DNA of 64,000 nucleotides from the human T2T-CHM13v2.0 reference genome, Homo sapiens. A model generated the notes under the pieces. It saw nothing but the letters and a program-made list of their open reading frames with translations. It was not told the origin of the DNA and did no database searches. Location: the NCBI RefSeq assembly GCF_009914755.1, contig NC_060947.1, one strand, 5' to 3'. The position numbers and the translations under genes were made by a program. Positions 15,294 to 31,214 of the stretch are shown here, in pieces (position 1 is the stretch's first letter; every line of letters begins with the position of its first letter).

Positions 15294-17378
15294 CTAAACT
15301 TGATCTTTTAACCACTAAAGCCATTGCTTCATTATGTACTGTATGCTAGTATGATGTGTGTCTCCTATGCATATAGTGGGCTCACAATAAGTACTTTTGA
15401 TTAATTAGCCTGTAAAATGCAGATAATAAATTCTACCTTTATCTCATAAAGTAAGTCCCACAAAAGTGCTTGGAAAATACCCAATGTTCAATAAATATGA
15501 CACATTTTTTGGAATATTTGTTTATGGATTGTGCAAATGACTGAAAATGTATGGTGGTAATGCTGACATTCACAAGTTGACTGTCGCATAATGCTATCAT
15601 CAAGTGTCATAATGGAAAAGTTCCAGCCTTTCCTAAGGACTACATTTTCTCTGAGACACTAAAATCTGGAGTTGAAGAATTCTCCAGAGGCTAACCTCCA
15701 TGTAGACCTTTCATGCCACCTTGCTGAAAAGATATTCGTCTACAATTCTCAGCGGCTTTCTTCCCCACTCCTGAAGCTTCTATCGACAACATCCCTCTCA
15801 TCTCTTTCTCTCCCTTTCTGTGGATGCAGCTCGGCCTACCCGACATCTAACCATGCTAATAGCCTCTCAGTTGCTATGGGGGTTCTTTGGAATAAGTCAA
15901 GCTGTTGGAAGCTTTGTCTGGGCAAAGTGTGTAGCTGACATCTAAAGGAACTATTCCCTGAGGTCGGGCACTCATCCCAACAGAAAAGGAAGAGCTGCCA
16001 AACCTGGAGGCAGTGCGCAGTGTCGTGTTTTCAAAGCTTGCTGAATTTCGAATAGCAAATCTGACCATGCATACAAAGAAAGGTGATTTAATATTCTGAC
16101 TACTTCTTCCCTCCCCTAATACCATCTGCAGCAGAGACACAGTAGCCCTCCTCCTTTTTATTAAAACCAAGACTATTGTCTCACTAAAGTAAAAGATCCT
16201 CATGTCTGGTCCCAGAATTCTGTGTGTTCCCTACCCAAGGCAAGAATGGACCCAAGGTGCAGACCACTTAGCAAGCACGTTTATATTCAGGGAAGTGTGC
16301 AGAGACAGAAGAAGGCTGCAAGTGAATCTGCTAGGGGTAGATAAGAGCTGCAGGTCACCAGCACCACATGTGACCTGCTTGTGATATAAGCCACGTGCTT
16401 TATGCTGTAATTCTTGTTTTACAAGGCAATAAAGCAGGGGATGCGGGGCGGGGGTGGGGGGACAAAAAGTGCTTTTCAGTGAGAGTGTATTTTGGTCACG
16501 TCGTCCGCCCTTTTCTTTTCTCTTCATAAATCCGGCATGACTGGTTTAGTCAATTGGAAGTTTTGTGTATTGTTTGGCTTATGTATGCACAGTGCCTAGG
16601 CTCTGTCTCATTATGCTGATGTTAGCACAAATTACTGCATGTGAGGCTCCGTCACCTAGAGAGGGACACAGGAAAGGCAACATGTCACAGAAAAAAGAAA
16701 ATGAAGTTAGGTGTTTACCCTTGCTCTCCACCTCACTAAAATAGTATAAACTTTGATGACTGATTGTCTTAACATCACATTTAGTGTTTTTAAAAGATGT
16801 TTTCTGTGTTTAACAGCACAGTCTCTTGAGTCAGAAAATTTTAAGTTCATATCCCAGCTTTGCCACTTGCTAGCTGTTTGGCCTTGGGTGATTATTTAGC
16901 CTCTCTAGGCTCTGCTTTCCTTATCTGTAAAATGGTAGTTTGATTCCTAAAACGATGCTATTAACTGCTAACCATATTGCTTCATTATGCCCTATGCAAG
17001 AGGATACTGGAGTTTTTGGTTAAGATTAAATCAGATACTGCATGAAAAACATTTGATACAGTGCTTGGCACATAGTATTTTGTAAATGCTTTCATTGCTT
17101 TTTCTGGGGTTACCAATACCTGGAGAAAGTATATGGACTGTGCCGAATAAGAGTAGGCGAAGGCATTCTGAATGGAGGGAGAAATTTGGGGAGAGGTGGG
17201 GAGCAGTGTAGTCTCATGGTAAATACCATGAACATTGACAGCTTCACCTATTACCAGCTCTGTGACCTTGGGCTAGTCACAACCTCAGTATTGAGCCTCA
17301 GTTTCCTCATAAGTAAAATGGAGCTAATAATAACACGGTTGTCATGAGGATTAAATGACATATAAAACACTGAGCACG

Positions 17379-17703
<325 letters not shown>

Positions 17704-19869
17704 AACACTGAGCACAGTGTTTGACAGAGGAAATGCTTAATAAATATGAACTGCTGTTATTTAAAATTATTTTTCCCTTTGTAGTTTGACACCCCAAGTT
17801 AGGAGCACAACAGCTAGGTGGATGCCAAGATATTGAGTTGTAGAGCATGCATAAGGCCGCTGCCGAGTTCAAAGAGCCTGGAGAGGAAGAGGCCAAACTG
17901 TAAGATTCATCTGCCCCAAGCTCATCAGGGCCCACATTCAGCATGTTGTCTAGGACATCAAAATAACTTTTGATGGGTCCTGGACCCATGACCCATGCAT
18001 GCCATTTTGGACAGCATTTCGCAGGTCTGAGCCTATTTATAAACACTGTTTATTCATGAATTTTAGCCACTTGGAAAGCCTCCTGAATCACATGGGACCA
18101 AACCCAAGGCCTTTGTAGCAAGGGGCAGAAACTTAGCCATTTTTCTTGATCTACCAAGCCAGACTTTTTGCAAAGAGTTTTGAATATTTTGGAGAATCCG
18201 ATGAAGGCCAGGGCCTCTTTCCCAAAAGAATGCACATAAGCCCTAACCCCCTACTTCCCTACACAATTTAGTACACAGTTTTGGAGTTTTGGAGAGTTCA
18301 AAGTCTTCATAAAGTCTGCTATGGATCCCATAGGGGTTCATGGACCTCAGGATAAGAATCCCTGGATTAGTGGAGGAGGACCTTTTTAAAAATTATAATT
18401 ATGGGATTTTGGCCATACAGCCCATCACTCCTGGCTTCAGGGCAGATGAACAGTAAATTCATAGACTGAAATATTTCAATTTAAGTATGGTTTGCTTTTT
18501 TCTTTTCCAGAAAGAAATACATGAGGATTCACCAAAGAAGTTTGGTTTCAAGAGTCAAAATAAAAAGGCTAGTTTACACAAAGTGGGTTGTGGGATGCTT
18601 GTCTAAATTCTTTGATTTGGTCTTATCTGTGGCATCCTGGCATGAAACTGCCCAAGGGAGACTTAATCAAATCCTGGGAGATTGGCTTATAGAAATATAT
18701 GTTTTTAATACTTACCTGATATACAGGGATGAAAATTCTAGTTAACAATCCCTCTCTAAACATACACACCTTCTTCTTCACTAAAGAAAATAAAAGTCCT
18801 AATATGAAGTGTTGCAGATGTTCTGACAGCTCTAGTATTTTGGCACATAAATGGATCTGTGAAAAGCATATTTCTTTTTTGTTATTAAATCAGAATTTCA
18901 ATGTGTCCTACTTGCTACTGCTGAATGGTGCATTTGCCATACAGATGTTGATGCATAATCAATGAACTTTTTTAAAATGCCAGTGTTCCCCATAGCAGAA
19001 TCATCATTCATTGAGTAGGGAGGGAGGCAGAGCTGAGCCAAGAGAAACTGATTCTTTCTTGAAGAATCATGCTGATTCTCTGGGGTCCACTGTACACTGG
19101 TCTTCAGAGTTTGAGAAAACTTGTGTCAGGGGTCCCCTATATAAAAGATCAACAGAACATGGACCATAACTAAAAGATGTTTTACTGGTCTCATGTTTTG
19201 CTAGCCTCTGTGTGTTTCGTCACATGATCAGCTTGTAAAGTCCTTAAAATGAACTAATAAAACATTTAAGTGTAGGTAGTTATGTAGAGCCCCCAAAAGG
19301 AGGGAAGCTGAGGAGGTTATGGCCCCTTCCATAACCACAATTATGGGAGAGGAGAGGAGATAGCAACTATGGAGAGGAGATGAGACAAAGCTGAGGTTTT
19401 GTAGCCTACAGCAAAGAAAGGAGCATGGAGAATGGCCTGGAATTGAGAAGGGACCCTTATAGTCTTTCATTCAGCCTGGAGATAAACATCATACATGAAA
19501 TTGTCCAAGAGAGAAGGAACCCACCAGAATTCTGTGTGGATTTTCTTCTCAGATCCCAAATACTCCCAAAGGCTGCAAATAGAAACAAAGGTGATTTGAT
19601 AGATGAGACAGCTTAAAAATTTTCTGACTACAAAACACCCATTGCTGGATAGAATATTTCATTTTCAAATGCATAGTTGAGTATACAATTAAGAAAGAGA
19701 AATTCCCAAAAGTCAGAGTCCCCCCAAAAGACTGAGAGCTGAGTGGAAAGCACATGGGTTAAATGTGAGGCTTTTCTGGCATGGGAGAATGTTAGTTTCA
19801 GTAATCCAAGGGCCTGAGTTTTATAGAAGTTTATGTAAGTATAGGAGATTAATCCATTGACTTACATGA

Positions 19870-20250
19870 GATGATGTAGATGCTGGCATGGATGCAGTGA
19901 ACAGAGAACACTTCTACACTGCTGGTGGGAATGTAAGCTAGTACAGCCGTTATAGAAAACAGTGTGGAGATTCCTTAAAGAACTAAAAGTAGAACTACCA
20001 TTTGATCCAGTGGTCCTACTACTGGGTATCTACCCAGAGGAAAAGAAGTCATTATTCAAAAAAGATACTTGCATATGCATGTTTATAGCAGCACAATTCA
20101 CAATTGCAAAATCGTGCAACCAACCCAAATGCCCACCAAAATGGGTGCATCAAAATCTCACAAATCACCACTAGAGAACTTACTCATGTAACCAAATACC
20201 ACCCGCACCCCAATAATTTATGGGAAAAAATAACAAACTAAAACAAAAAC
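19870..20250 (+). mobile_element. L1PB-like 3' fragments
   Basis: ORF2 C-terminal peptide [15 protein letters not shown] followed by 3'UTR. Confidence 0.8.
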
Positions 20251-20834
20251 AGAATTGAGGCCCCCGCATTAAACTAGAGCCCTCAAAAGGATATACCCTT
20301 GTAGCTCCTTGGAGAAATGGCCGAGTACAGGTCTGGGGCAAGGGAATAAATATTGTGTTAATATTTATTCCCTCTTTGGAATATTTTATTGTGTTAAGAA
20401 GAGATTATGTGCACAAAGACTAGGGGAATATAGCAAAAGAACATAAGAACTGACTCAAATGGGCTCCCATTGGTCAATCTGAGGCCAAGTTTAGCATTAT
20501 TTACAAAGAGGAAAAGATATTGTTACAATGCAGAGGTCTGGAGGACTACCTTAACCAAGTGGTCAAATTATCATCATCGACAATGGAACAAACATATATG
20601 TGTCTTTAGATGTGAAATAATGGGAAAAACACAAAGACTTCAAACCCGCTAATATAAATATGTTCAAAGAACAAAAGTAAATCATGTTTAAAGAAGTAAG
20701 GTACAACGGCAATTTCTCATCAAAGAGATCTGGGGCTGTTGGGAGTGCGATCCCAGGAGTGCTCTTCTTAGCTGTCTGTTTCCTGGATTCTCTCTGTCAA
20801 TCTTGTGACTGATCTGCCTTCTTGCTCACTGCTA

Positions 20835-21190
20835 CATTTGACCCCTGAACAACACAAGTTTGAATTGCACAAGTCTACTTATACACAGAATTTTTTCAAC
20901 AAGTATATTGGAAAGTTTTTGGAGATTGGTGACAATTTGGAAAACTTGTAGATGAACTGCATAGCCTAGAAATATTGAGAAAATTAAGACAAAGTTAGGT
21001 ATGTAATGAATATACAAAAGATATGTAAATATGGTTTATGTGTCAATCGACTATTTTTGTTTTCAGGAAGACTTCCAGTCAACAATAGGCTACTAGTAGT
21101 TAAGGTTTTGGGGAGTCAAAAGTTGTAGATGTATTTTTGACTGTGCAGGAGTTGGTGCCTATAATCCCTGCATGGTTCAAGGGTCAGCTG
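20835..21190. mobile_element. TcMar-Tigger non-autonomous element (Tigger2-like)
   Basis: TIRs catttgacccctgaac / gttcaagggtcagctg flanked by TA. Confidence 0.8.
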
Positions 21191-21196
21191 TATTAG

Positions 21197-21476
<280 letters not shown>

Positions 21477-21634
21477 TCTGCCAGCCTTTCTTAATTGCTT
21501 GCCACCAAGATCTCCTTTTTTTTTCCTTTGGCACTATTTCTGGTTTCTTTTTTTCCTTTTTAGTTGACACATAATACTTGTACATATTTATAAGATACAG
21601 AGTGATATTTTGATACATGTATATAACGTATAAC

Positions 21635-22353
21635 TGTAACCACCCAATGGGTTCACTTTGCCAGCTGCCTAGACAGAGCCAATTTATCAAGACAGGGGAA
21701 TTGTAATGGAGGGAGAGTAATTCACGCAGAGCTGGCTGTGCAGAAGATGGGAGTTTTATTATTACTCAAATTAGTCTCCCTGAGCATTTGGGGATCAGAG
21801 TTTTTAAACATAATTTGGCGGGTAGAGGCTTGGGAAGTGGGGAGTGCTGATTGGTCAGGTTGGAGATGGAATCATAGGGGGGTAAAGTGAGTTTTTCTTG
21901 CTGTTTTCTGTTCCTGGGTGGGATGGCAGACCTGGTTGAGCCAGAATACGGGTCTAGGTGGTGTTAGCTGTTCCATCCAGTGCAAGGTCTGCAAAATATC
22001 TCAAGCACTGATCCTAGGTTTTACAATAGTGATATTATCCTCAGGAGCAATTTGGGGAGGTTCAGACTCTTGGAGCCAGAGGCTGCATGATCCCTAAACT
22101 GTAATTTCTAATCTTGTAGCTAATTTGTTAGTCCTGTAAAGGCAGACTGTTCCCCAGGAAAGAAGGGGGTCTTTTCAGGAAAGAGCTGTTATCAATTTTG
22201 TTTCAGAGTGAAATTATGTACTGAATTCCTTCCCAAAGTTGGTTCGGAATGAACAAGGACAACTTAAAGGCTAGAAGCAAGATGCAGTCAGTTAGGTCTG
22301 ATTTCCTTCACTGTCATAATTTCCTCAGTTATAATTTTGCAAAGCCAGTTTTA
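21635..22353 (-). mobile_element. LTR8 (ERV1) solo LTR nested in an L1MA 3' end
   Basis: Termini tgtaaccacccaatgggttcac...ataattttgcaaagccagtttta match LTR8 reverse complement. L1MA tail continues on both sides. Confidence 0.85.
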
Positions 22354-23239
22354 TGATGATCAAATCAGGGTAATTTTCACATCTGTCACCTCAAACATTT
22401 ATCTTTTCTTTGCTGTGAACATTGAAAATCCATTGTTTTTGGCAAGGCCTTAGGCATGATCTTCCCATGTTCTCTTTTAAATAAAGTCCATCATTTCAGG
22501 CAGAGCTGTGGAGCTCTCCATCCTTATGGCCTGACTCTCCTCCTGGGCAGTACTTCTGCACCACTGTATTGGAGCTGAGGTCAGGGGCAGTGGATTGCTT
22601 CTTCTGGAGTGGCACTCCTGCTTTACCAGTGGGCACTGGGGATGGTGGTAGACCCTGGTTTTCTCAGCTTGCCTATCCCATATTAGAACCTCTATCCTCT
22701 GAATGAGCTGGGGTGGAGCCAATTGGGTACCACTCCTCTAGGCCTATCATCCCTCAGGGAGAGCCCTTGCACTACCAGTGGGAGCTGAATGGGGAAAGGG
22801 AAGTTCCTGTCCTCTCAGACTTGCTTACCAGGGATAGAACTTTTGTAATATAGGGCTGGGGAAGATGAGGGACACCAGCAGCCTGCTCCTCTCAGGTTAA
22901 AACTGTAGCCCTGGACTAGTTGTGGGGAAGGGGAACACCTGTCTTCACATCTACATGTGCCAGAGTTGAGATTTCATCGCACAGATCTTGTTGGGTGGAG
23001 CGTGGGAGCAGGTAGTAGCTCAAATACCACAAACTCTCACTGTACTGGTTAAGATTTAGTAGATTTTCTTGGATAAATGTTTCTTCATTTGCTGTATGTT
23101 CTTGGGGCAATTTCCAGAAATTCTACATGGTTTATAAAAATAATTTTCAGCACTTAAATTGTTGTTTTACTGCAGAAACACTTCGTTGAACTCCTCACAC
23201 CACCATTCCAGAAGTCCTGCCTGTCCATGGGCCATTTCT

Positions 23240-24170
23240 TATATATAAGGAAGAATGATTCAGTGGATACAACCAAGAACTCAGAGGGTGGAGCCAAGAG
23301 CTAAGAAGAATCATTCCCAGAGATCAGGACTGGGCCGTGATGAAAGAACTAGTGATGGATTTCAGAATTGCTATGGAATGCTATGTGTTTCCTTGTTCCC
23401 CTCCTTTGTGAACTGAAGTGTCTACTGTGATTATTAAGTTTCTAACTCACCATTGTATGTTGGGTATGTGGGGGCATATAATTTGTTTCTTTATTTCATA
23501 GGTCCTGAGATCTAGAGGCTCTGTACTCAAGGAGCTTCACTTGAGGAGCCTCATCTCCACCTAGACCTGATTTAGCTGATGAAATCCTGGTCCTCAGATC
23601 TAATCCTGATGTTAAAATAGGCTGAGACTTCTGGGGGCCTTGGGGGAAGGTGAATGTCTTTTGCATGTGTGAGAAATGTAAATAATTTATGGCTAGAGAG
23701 GAGAGTGTGGTAGACTTAAAATGGCTGCAAATTCCTTGTGGCTCCTCCCATTGAATCTGGACTGGCTTTAGTCACTGCTTGACTAACAGAATACAGTATA
23801 TGTGATGTTGTAGAATTTTAGTCACAAGATCACAAAAAACCTTGATCTTCTGCCAGGGACTTTTTGAATGCACCTGCCATGCTGTGAGGAAGTCCAGGTA
23901 ACCACATGGAGAACCACACAGAGACAGAATTTGAGATCCCCAGCTGGCAGCCCTAGTGGAGCTCCTAGCTGACACCCAACACCAATTTGCCAGTAATGAA
24001 GATAATTCATTCTGGAAGTGGATACTCAGTTCCAGTGGAGGCATCGGGTGACGCTGTGTAGCGCAGAAATGAGCCATCCCCACCCAAATTGCAGACTTAT
24101 GAGTAAAAATAAATTACTGTTTTGAGCTACTGTTTTAGAGTGGTTTGTTATGCAGCATAAATAACCATAA
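23240..24170 (+). mobile_element. MLT1 internal remnant plus 3' LTR (LTR from ~23706)
   Basis: Purine tract gagaggagag immediately before a tgtggtag LTR start; MLT1-type end gtttgttatgcagca. Confidence 0.6.
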
Positions 24171-24759
24171 CGTTCCTTAACCTAGCAACTCCACATCTAT
24201 ATGTCTACCTTAAATAAACTCTTGTGAATAAAAAATATGAATGAGGATGTTTATGTGGCACTTTATATAAAAGTAACGAAGTTGTAACAATGTGCTATCC
24301 CTCAGTTGGGGAATGGATAAATAGACTGTGGCTTATTCATACAGTAGTTAAAATAAATGAGCTAGCTCCATCTGTATCAATATATATAATCTAAAAATAT
24401 TGTTAAATGATAGCAATTTGTAAGGTACATGCAGTAGATTCCATTTACATACATTCAAAAATATACAAAATGATGTATGCATTATTTATGGCCATACATT
24501 TTTATGGTAAATGTATAAAACCAAAGAGCTGATTAATAAACATCAAATTCAGGAACATGGTTCTCTCTGGGGAGGAGAGAAGGAGGGAGAAAGGATAAAA
24601 GTGGGGCTTTGGCTGTAGTAGTAATGTTTCACCTCTTTTGTTCTTTCTTTTTATAGAGCTCTGTAAGACAAAGTGTTTACATCTGTTTTATCTTAGTGGT
24701 AGGCACAAAGGTGTCTGCTATATTATTTTCTGTAATTTGTATGCTTAGATTAGTCATAT

Positions 24760-24860
24760 TTTAAATTTTTTAAAATTCTTAAAATATTTTAAAAATTTTT
24801 AAATATTTTAAAATATTTTAAAAATTTTTAAATATTTTAAAATTTTTAATTTTAATTTTT
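24760..24860. repeat. AT-only tandem repeat of self-complementary units
   Basis: AAAATATTTT / AAAAATTTTT units; a 29-bp unit is exactly duplicated at 24781-24809 and 24810-24838. Confidence 0.85.
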
Positions 24861-24884
24861 GCACTCATTAATCACTACAATATA

Positions 24885-26590
<1,706 letters not shown>

Positions 26591-26777
26591 TGGACTGTGC
26601 CTGGAATCTGCTCTATTTTGGGCTTCCTATTATGTGAAATAAATGTTATTAATTTATGCCAAGAATATCTGCATATATTAATTCCTATGACCACCTCCCA
26701 GTTTTTCATCTAACATTTCTGCTCAGAGCAACAGGAGAAAGCATAGGGGAATTACCTAAGTGTGTAAGGCTCTGCAA

Positions 26778-26779
<2 letters not shown>

Positions 26780-26819
<40 letters not shown>

Positions 26820-26827
26820 ACACACAC
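26780..26827. repeat. (CA)n microsatellite
   Basis: Direct reading. Confidence 0.95.
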
Positions 26828-29800
26828 GGGGAGTGAGGGAGAGAGAAAGACACACACACCCCGCACAGAGATTGATTTTCTCATTCTTGTTTAGCCAAGT
26901 GCAATGACATACGTCATCATCATAGTTCACAGCAACCAGTGACAAAATTAGTTTAAATCAAAAATTAAATCCCAAACACATCTTTCTCACTTCCTTTAGC
27001 TCTGGCTCATTTTACCCTGCTGACTCTAGTTCCTTTTCTAATTCTGTAATGTAAGCCTTTATTGTCTCCTGCTGGGTGCACCATAACCACCTTCCTGGCC
27101 TTTCCTCTCCTAAATCAATCCTGCCAGACTACTTTTTTTTTTCCAGTGCTGTTTTCCCTAAATTGTTCCTAAGCTCAGACCTCCACAATGTCTTGTTCTG
27201 TAACCTCATCAGGTTCAGACTATTCTGCCTGGCTCTCAAGACCCCACTGCTTCTATCTTCCCAATAGGCTGGCATCCTCACTTTTCCATAGACAGCCTGT
27301 ATTCATTCCTGCCCCTGTGCTTTTCGTTCATGCCATTCTCCTCTACAAAGCCTTCTGTGAACTCTGTAGCCTCATCACCTTTTTAAATTGTGAATTCCTG
27401 CTGCATAATCCAGTCAGCCTCTGTCTTTTCTTATATTCACTCTTATTGAATGTGTACATCTTGTCTCCCCAACCGGGATAGTGGCTATGTGAGTGTAAGG
27501 ATTCTACCTCATATTCTTCTCTCCCCTGCAATGCTGAGCACATAAATGCTTTTCTGGATTATTTTAGTGTTGTTTTTTTTTTTTTTCACTCGCTGATTAG
27601 AGTGAATGTCAATTTGAAGTAAAAAGAAATAACACTTTTTACTTTTAGAGTTCCCTTTCCATCTCTGCGGTTGGCTTTGGTAGCTTTGTGCTCCTGGAAG
27701 GAGGAAAGATTTCTATGGGAGGAACACTATGGCAACTCCACCCCCAACTTCTTGATTATCTCCACAGGTTTGGAGGCGGATGGGAGGCCAATATTCTCTA
27801 ATTCCAGGCCAGAAGTGAATGAGGAAGCAAGAGACAGATGGCTGGAGAGGAGTATTCTCTTTCTTAGACATCAGGAAAAGCCAAGCAACTGACCCCTGAT
27901 TTAACCGTTGTTTGCCCCAGCAAAGACGAGGGCCACTCTCTCCAAAGGAGATGCAGGCACTGCTGTTTCCTAGCTTTAACCAAGGGAAGGGAGAAACTTA
28001 ATTGGGAAAATATTTTTAGAAATGAGTATTTTAAAATTGCACATAGGAAATACGCAAGGAGAAAAGTATGCAAGAAAATGCACTCTTACTTTCCATTTTC
28101 TATCCCATTGCCAATAAAAGAGGCCCTCCCTGCACTCTCACCTTGCACTTGAGCCATGAAGGACAAGATTCTGCAGGTGGCCCCCAGTACCTCCCTATAG
28201 AGCTGGGGAGAGAGTGGTGTTAATTCCTCACACGTGGCCCCATGCACATACATACACACACAATCAGTCTCCTTGGCTTTGTCTTTCCTTATCCTTTTTC
28301 AAAAAAAATTCCAGTCTGATATCATCAGTGATTTGATGTGTTCTGTCCATGTCTCAGAAGGACTGACCCTTGGGTTTCATCCTTGCTGGCGAGGAATTTT
28401 AGCTGTTCAATAGCGTAACAGCTGTGCCTGGGGACCATGAATCACTCATGATTTTCAGTAATCTTTATAACAAACTTCCAATGGCGTTAAATTCAGTTTT
28501 TACATGTATGAAGTCTCACTCTGTGAAGAAAAAAAAGGCTGTAAATACAATGCTTTCAAATGAAAGTAGTGATTAGTAATTGACTGTCATCAACTTTGTT
28601 TTGCTCTATGGATTACTTCAGCTAGAATTTCTGGTGCTGCAGAAAACTAGTTGAGAAAATAACAACCCTTTATGAGCGATTTCAGGTTTTCTTACCATTT
28701 TGCAATCTTCTGCTTTAATTTGTTTTCCATTAGTACATGCTCAAGTGTAGCTTAAAGAAAGAGCACTAAGCTGGAAGTGGGAGACTGAAAGTGTTCCAGC
28801 TCTGCCATCGTCTCACTCTGTGACTATGGGCAGGTCATTTTCCTTCTCTGCCTCAGTTTCCTGATCTGTAAAAGGAGGGGATTAAACAGGATAGCCTTGA
28901 AGGGTCCCTCCAGCTTTGACGTTTTGCCATTGCAATCAAATATGCCATTTTGATGGATTTTTTTTAAAACAAAAGATGGAATTTGTAACACTGGCATTAG
29001 CTGTTTTTTGTTCTTCTTCTTTCTTTTCTCTCAATAATAAGCCTTAGAGGTGGGATTTCAAAATTAGAATTTCCTACAAGCTGCAGCCATAATGATAGAA
29101 CCATCACAGGAGTACTATTAGAGTTAATATTCTTATCTGTATATATCTAGAGAAGCAAATAACGTTTGAAAATCTTTTCGCTGTTTCTCTCTGGGTTCTT
29201 TATTCAAAGGTGTTTATGTAACTAATGTGTCTTAGTGGTAAGAAAAGTGGAAATGCCATGAGTGAAAGAAAATAAAGCCCCCTCATTTTATCTTTGTCCC
29301 AGTCTGTCTTTGTGATTGTTTCTCGGCTAACCACCTGTGTTTTACTGCTCAGGGAGCTCAGCATATATCGCTGGCACTCATTCACTGCTAATAGCAGCTG
29401 CTAATAGCCTTCCATCTCCTGTCAGGGCTGTCACAGTTGATTTTTTTTTTTTTAACATATCTATGAGTTCCATCAGGTTTAACAGCTGAAAATCCAGCTC
29501 ATTAAGAAGCGCCCTAAGTATTTCAGAGTGAGCTAGTTTTCCAGCGCCAGGCTTGAGTACAGAATCTGGTGAAAGGGAGTCTAGATATGGATCAAATAAG
29601 AACCCGGAGCTTTATGCCCAGAAATTTGGGAGGAGAAAGGGAGTTAAACAGTAAATAGGATACCTTAAGGGATGGGATGTGTGTTTAGTTTGTCAAAAAT
29701 ACCTGATGACCTCATGTACTCCTTCAAAGTCCACGCAGGTACTTTAATATACTGCCATGTGTATAAAAGCAGCTCCAGAACGGTGAGAGGTTTGTTAACA

Positions 29801-30362
29801 TTCATCTCTTCATTCATTTTTGCAGGTAACACTCTGGGCTCTGTTGCTCTTTATGCAGATCGGACAAAGAAAACTCTTAAAATGGTTTCCTGCTATATTT
29901 GCCTGCTCTGTTTCAGTCTCTTCTGCAATTCCCTACTCACCTCTCCAAGTTTGTTAATATTGTGGTGCCCCAAGGCTTAGTCCTTGAACTTCATTTCTTC
30001 TCTAGCTACACCTATGCCTTTTGTGATTTCATCTAGTATTATGTATTCAAATATCATCGATATGCTAACAACTCTCAAACCTATGTCTCCAGCATGGACC
30101 TCTCCTCTAAACTCCAGGATTATATATTTAACTGCCTACTTGCCATTTGCACTTGAATTGGTAGTCGATGTCTCAAACTTAACATGTTAAGAAACTGAAG
30201 TATTTCTCAAATCTGTTCATCTTATAGTGTTCCCCATCTCAGGTAGTGGATCCCCCTCCTTCCAATTGCTCAGGCTGAGAACTTTGAAGTTGTTCTTAAC
30301 TACTCTGTCTCTCTTACACCTCACAACCAATCCATCAGGAAATTCTGTTGGCTCCATGTTAA

Positions 30363-30851
<489 letters not shown>

Positions 30852-31214
30852 TAATGGAATTATTTTAATGGGTAGGCATGTTACTTCTCTGCTCAGAGCC
30901 CCACCCCCTGCCCCACAAGTCTCATTTAACTTTGAGTATAAGCCAAAGGTCTTCAGGGTCCATAAGGCCTGATATAATCTGCTTCCTCCCTTCAGTTAAC
31001 TCTCTGATTTTAGTTTTTAATAATGTCCCCCTCACTCTGCTCCAGCAACCCTGGCCTCCTTTATGTTCCTCAGACACACCAGGCACATTCTTGTCTCAGA
31101 GCCTCTGTGTTTGCTCTTCCCAGTGCAGGAATGCCCTTCCCCTGTTACCACGGCTCATTCTCTCATCTTCTTTAGGTCTAGTCCCTGCCTTAGAGTTTAC
31201 ATAGCAATTATCAC

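Noticed and set aside
15874-16203. 109-aa minus-strand ORF in the unique island
   Set aside because: No recognisable protein similarity or supporting exon chain; the length is compatible with chance.
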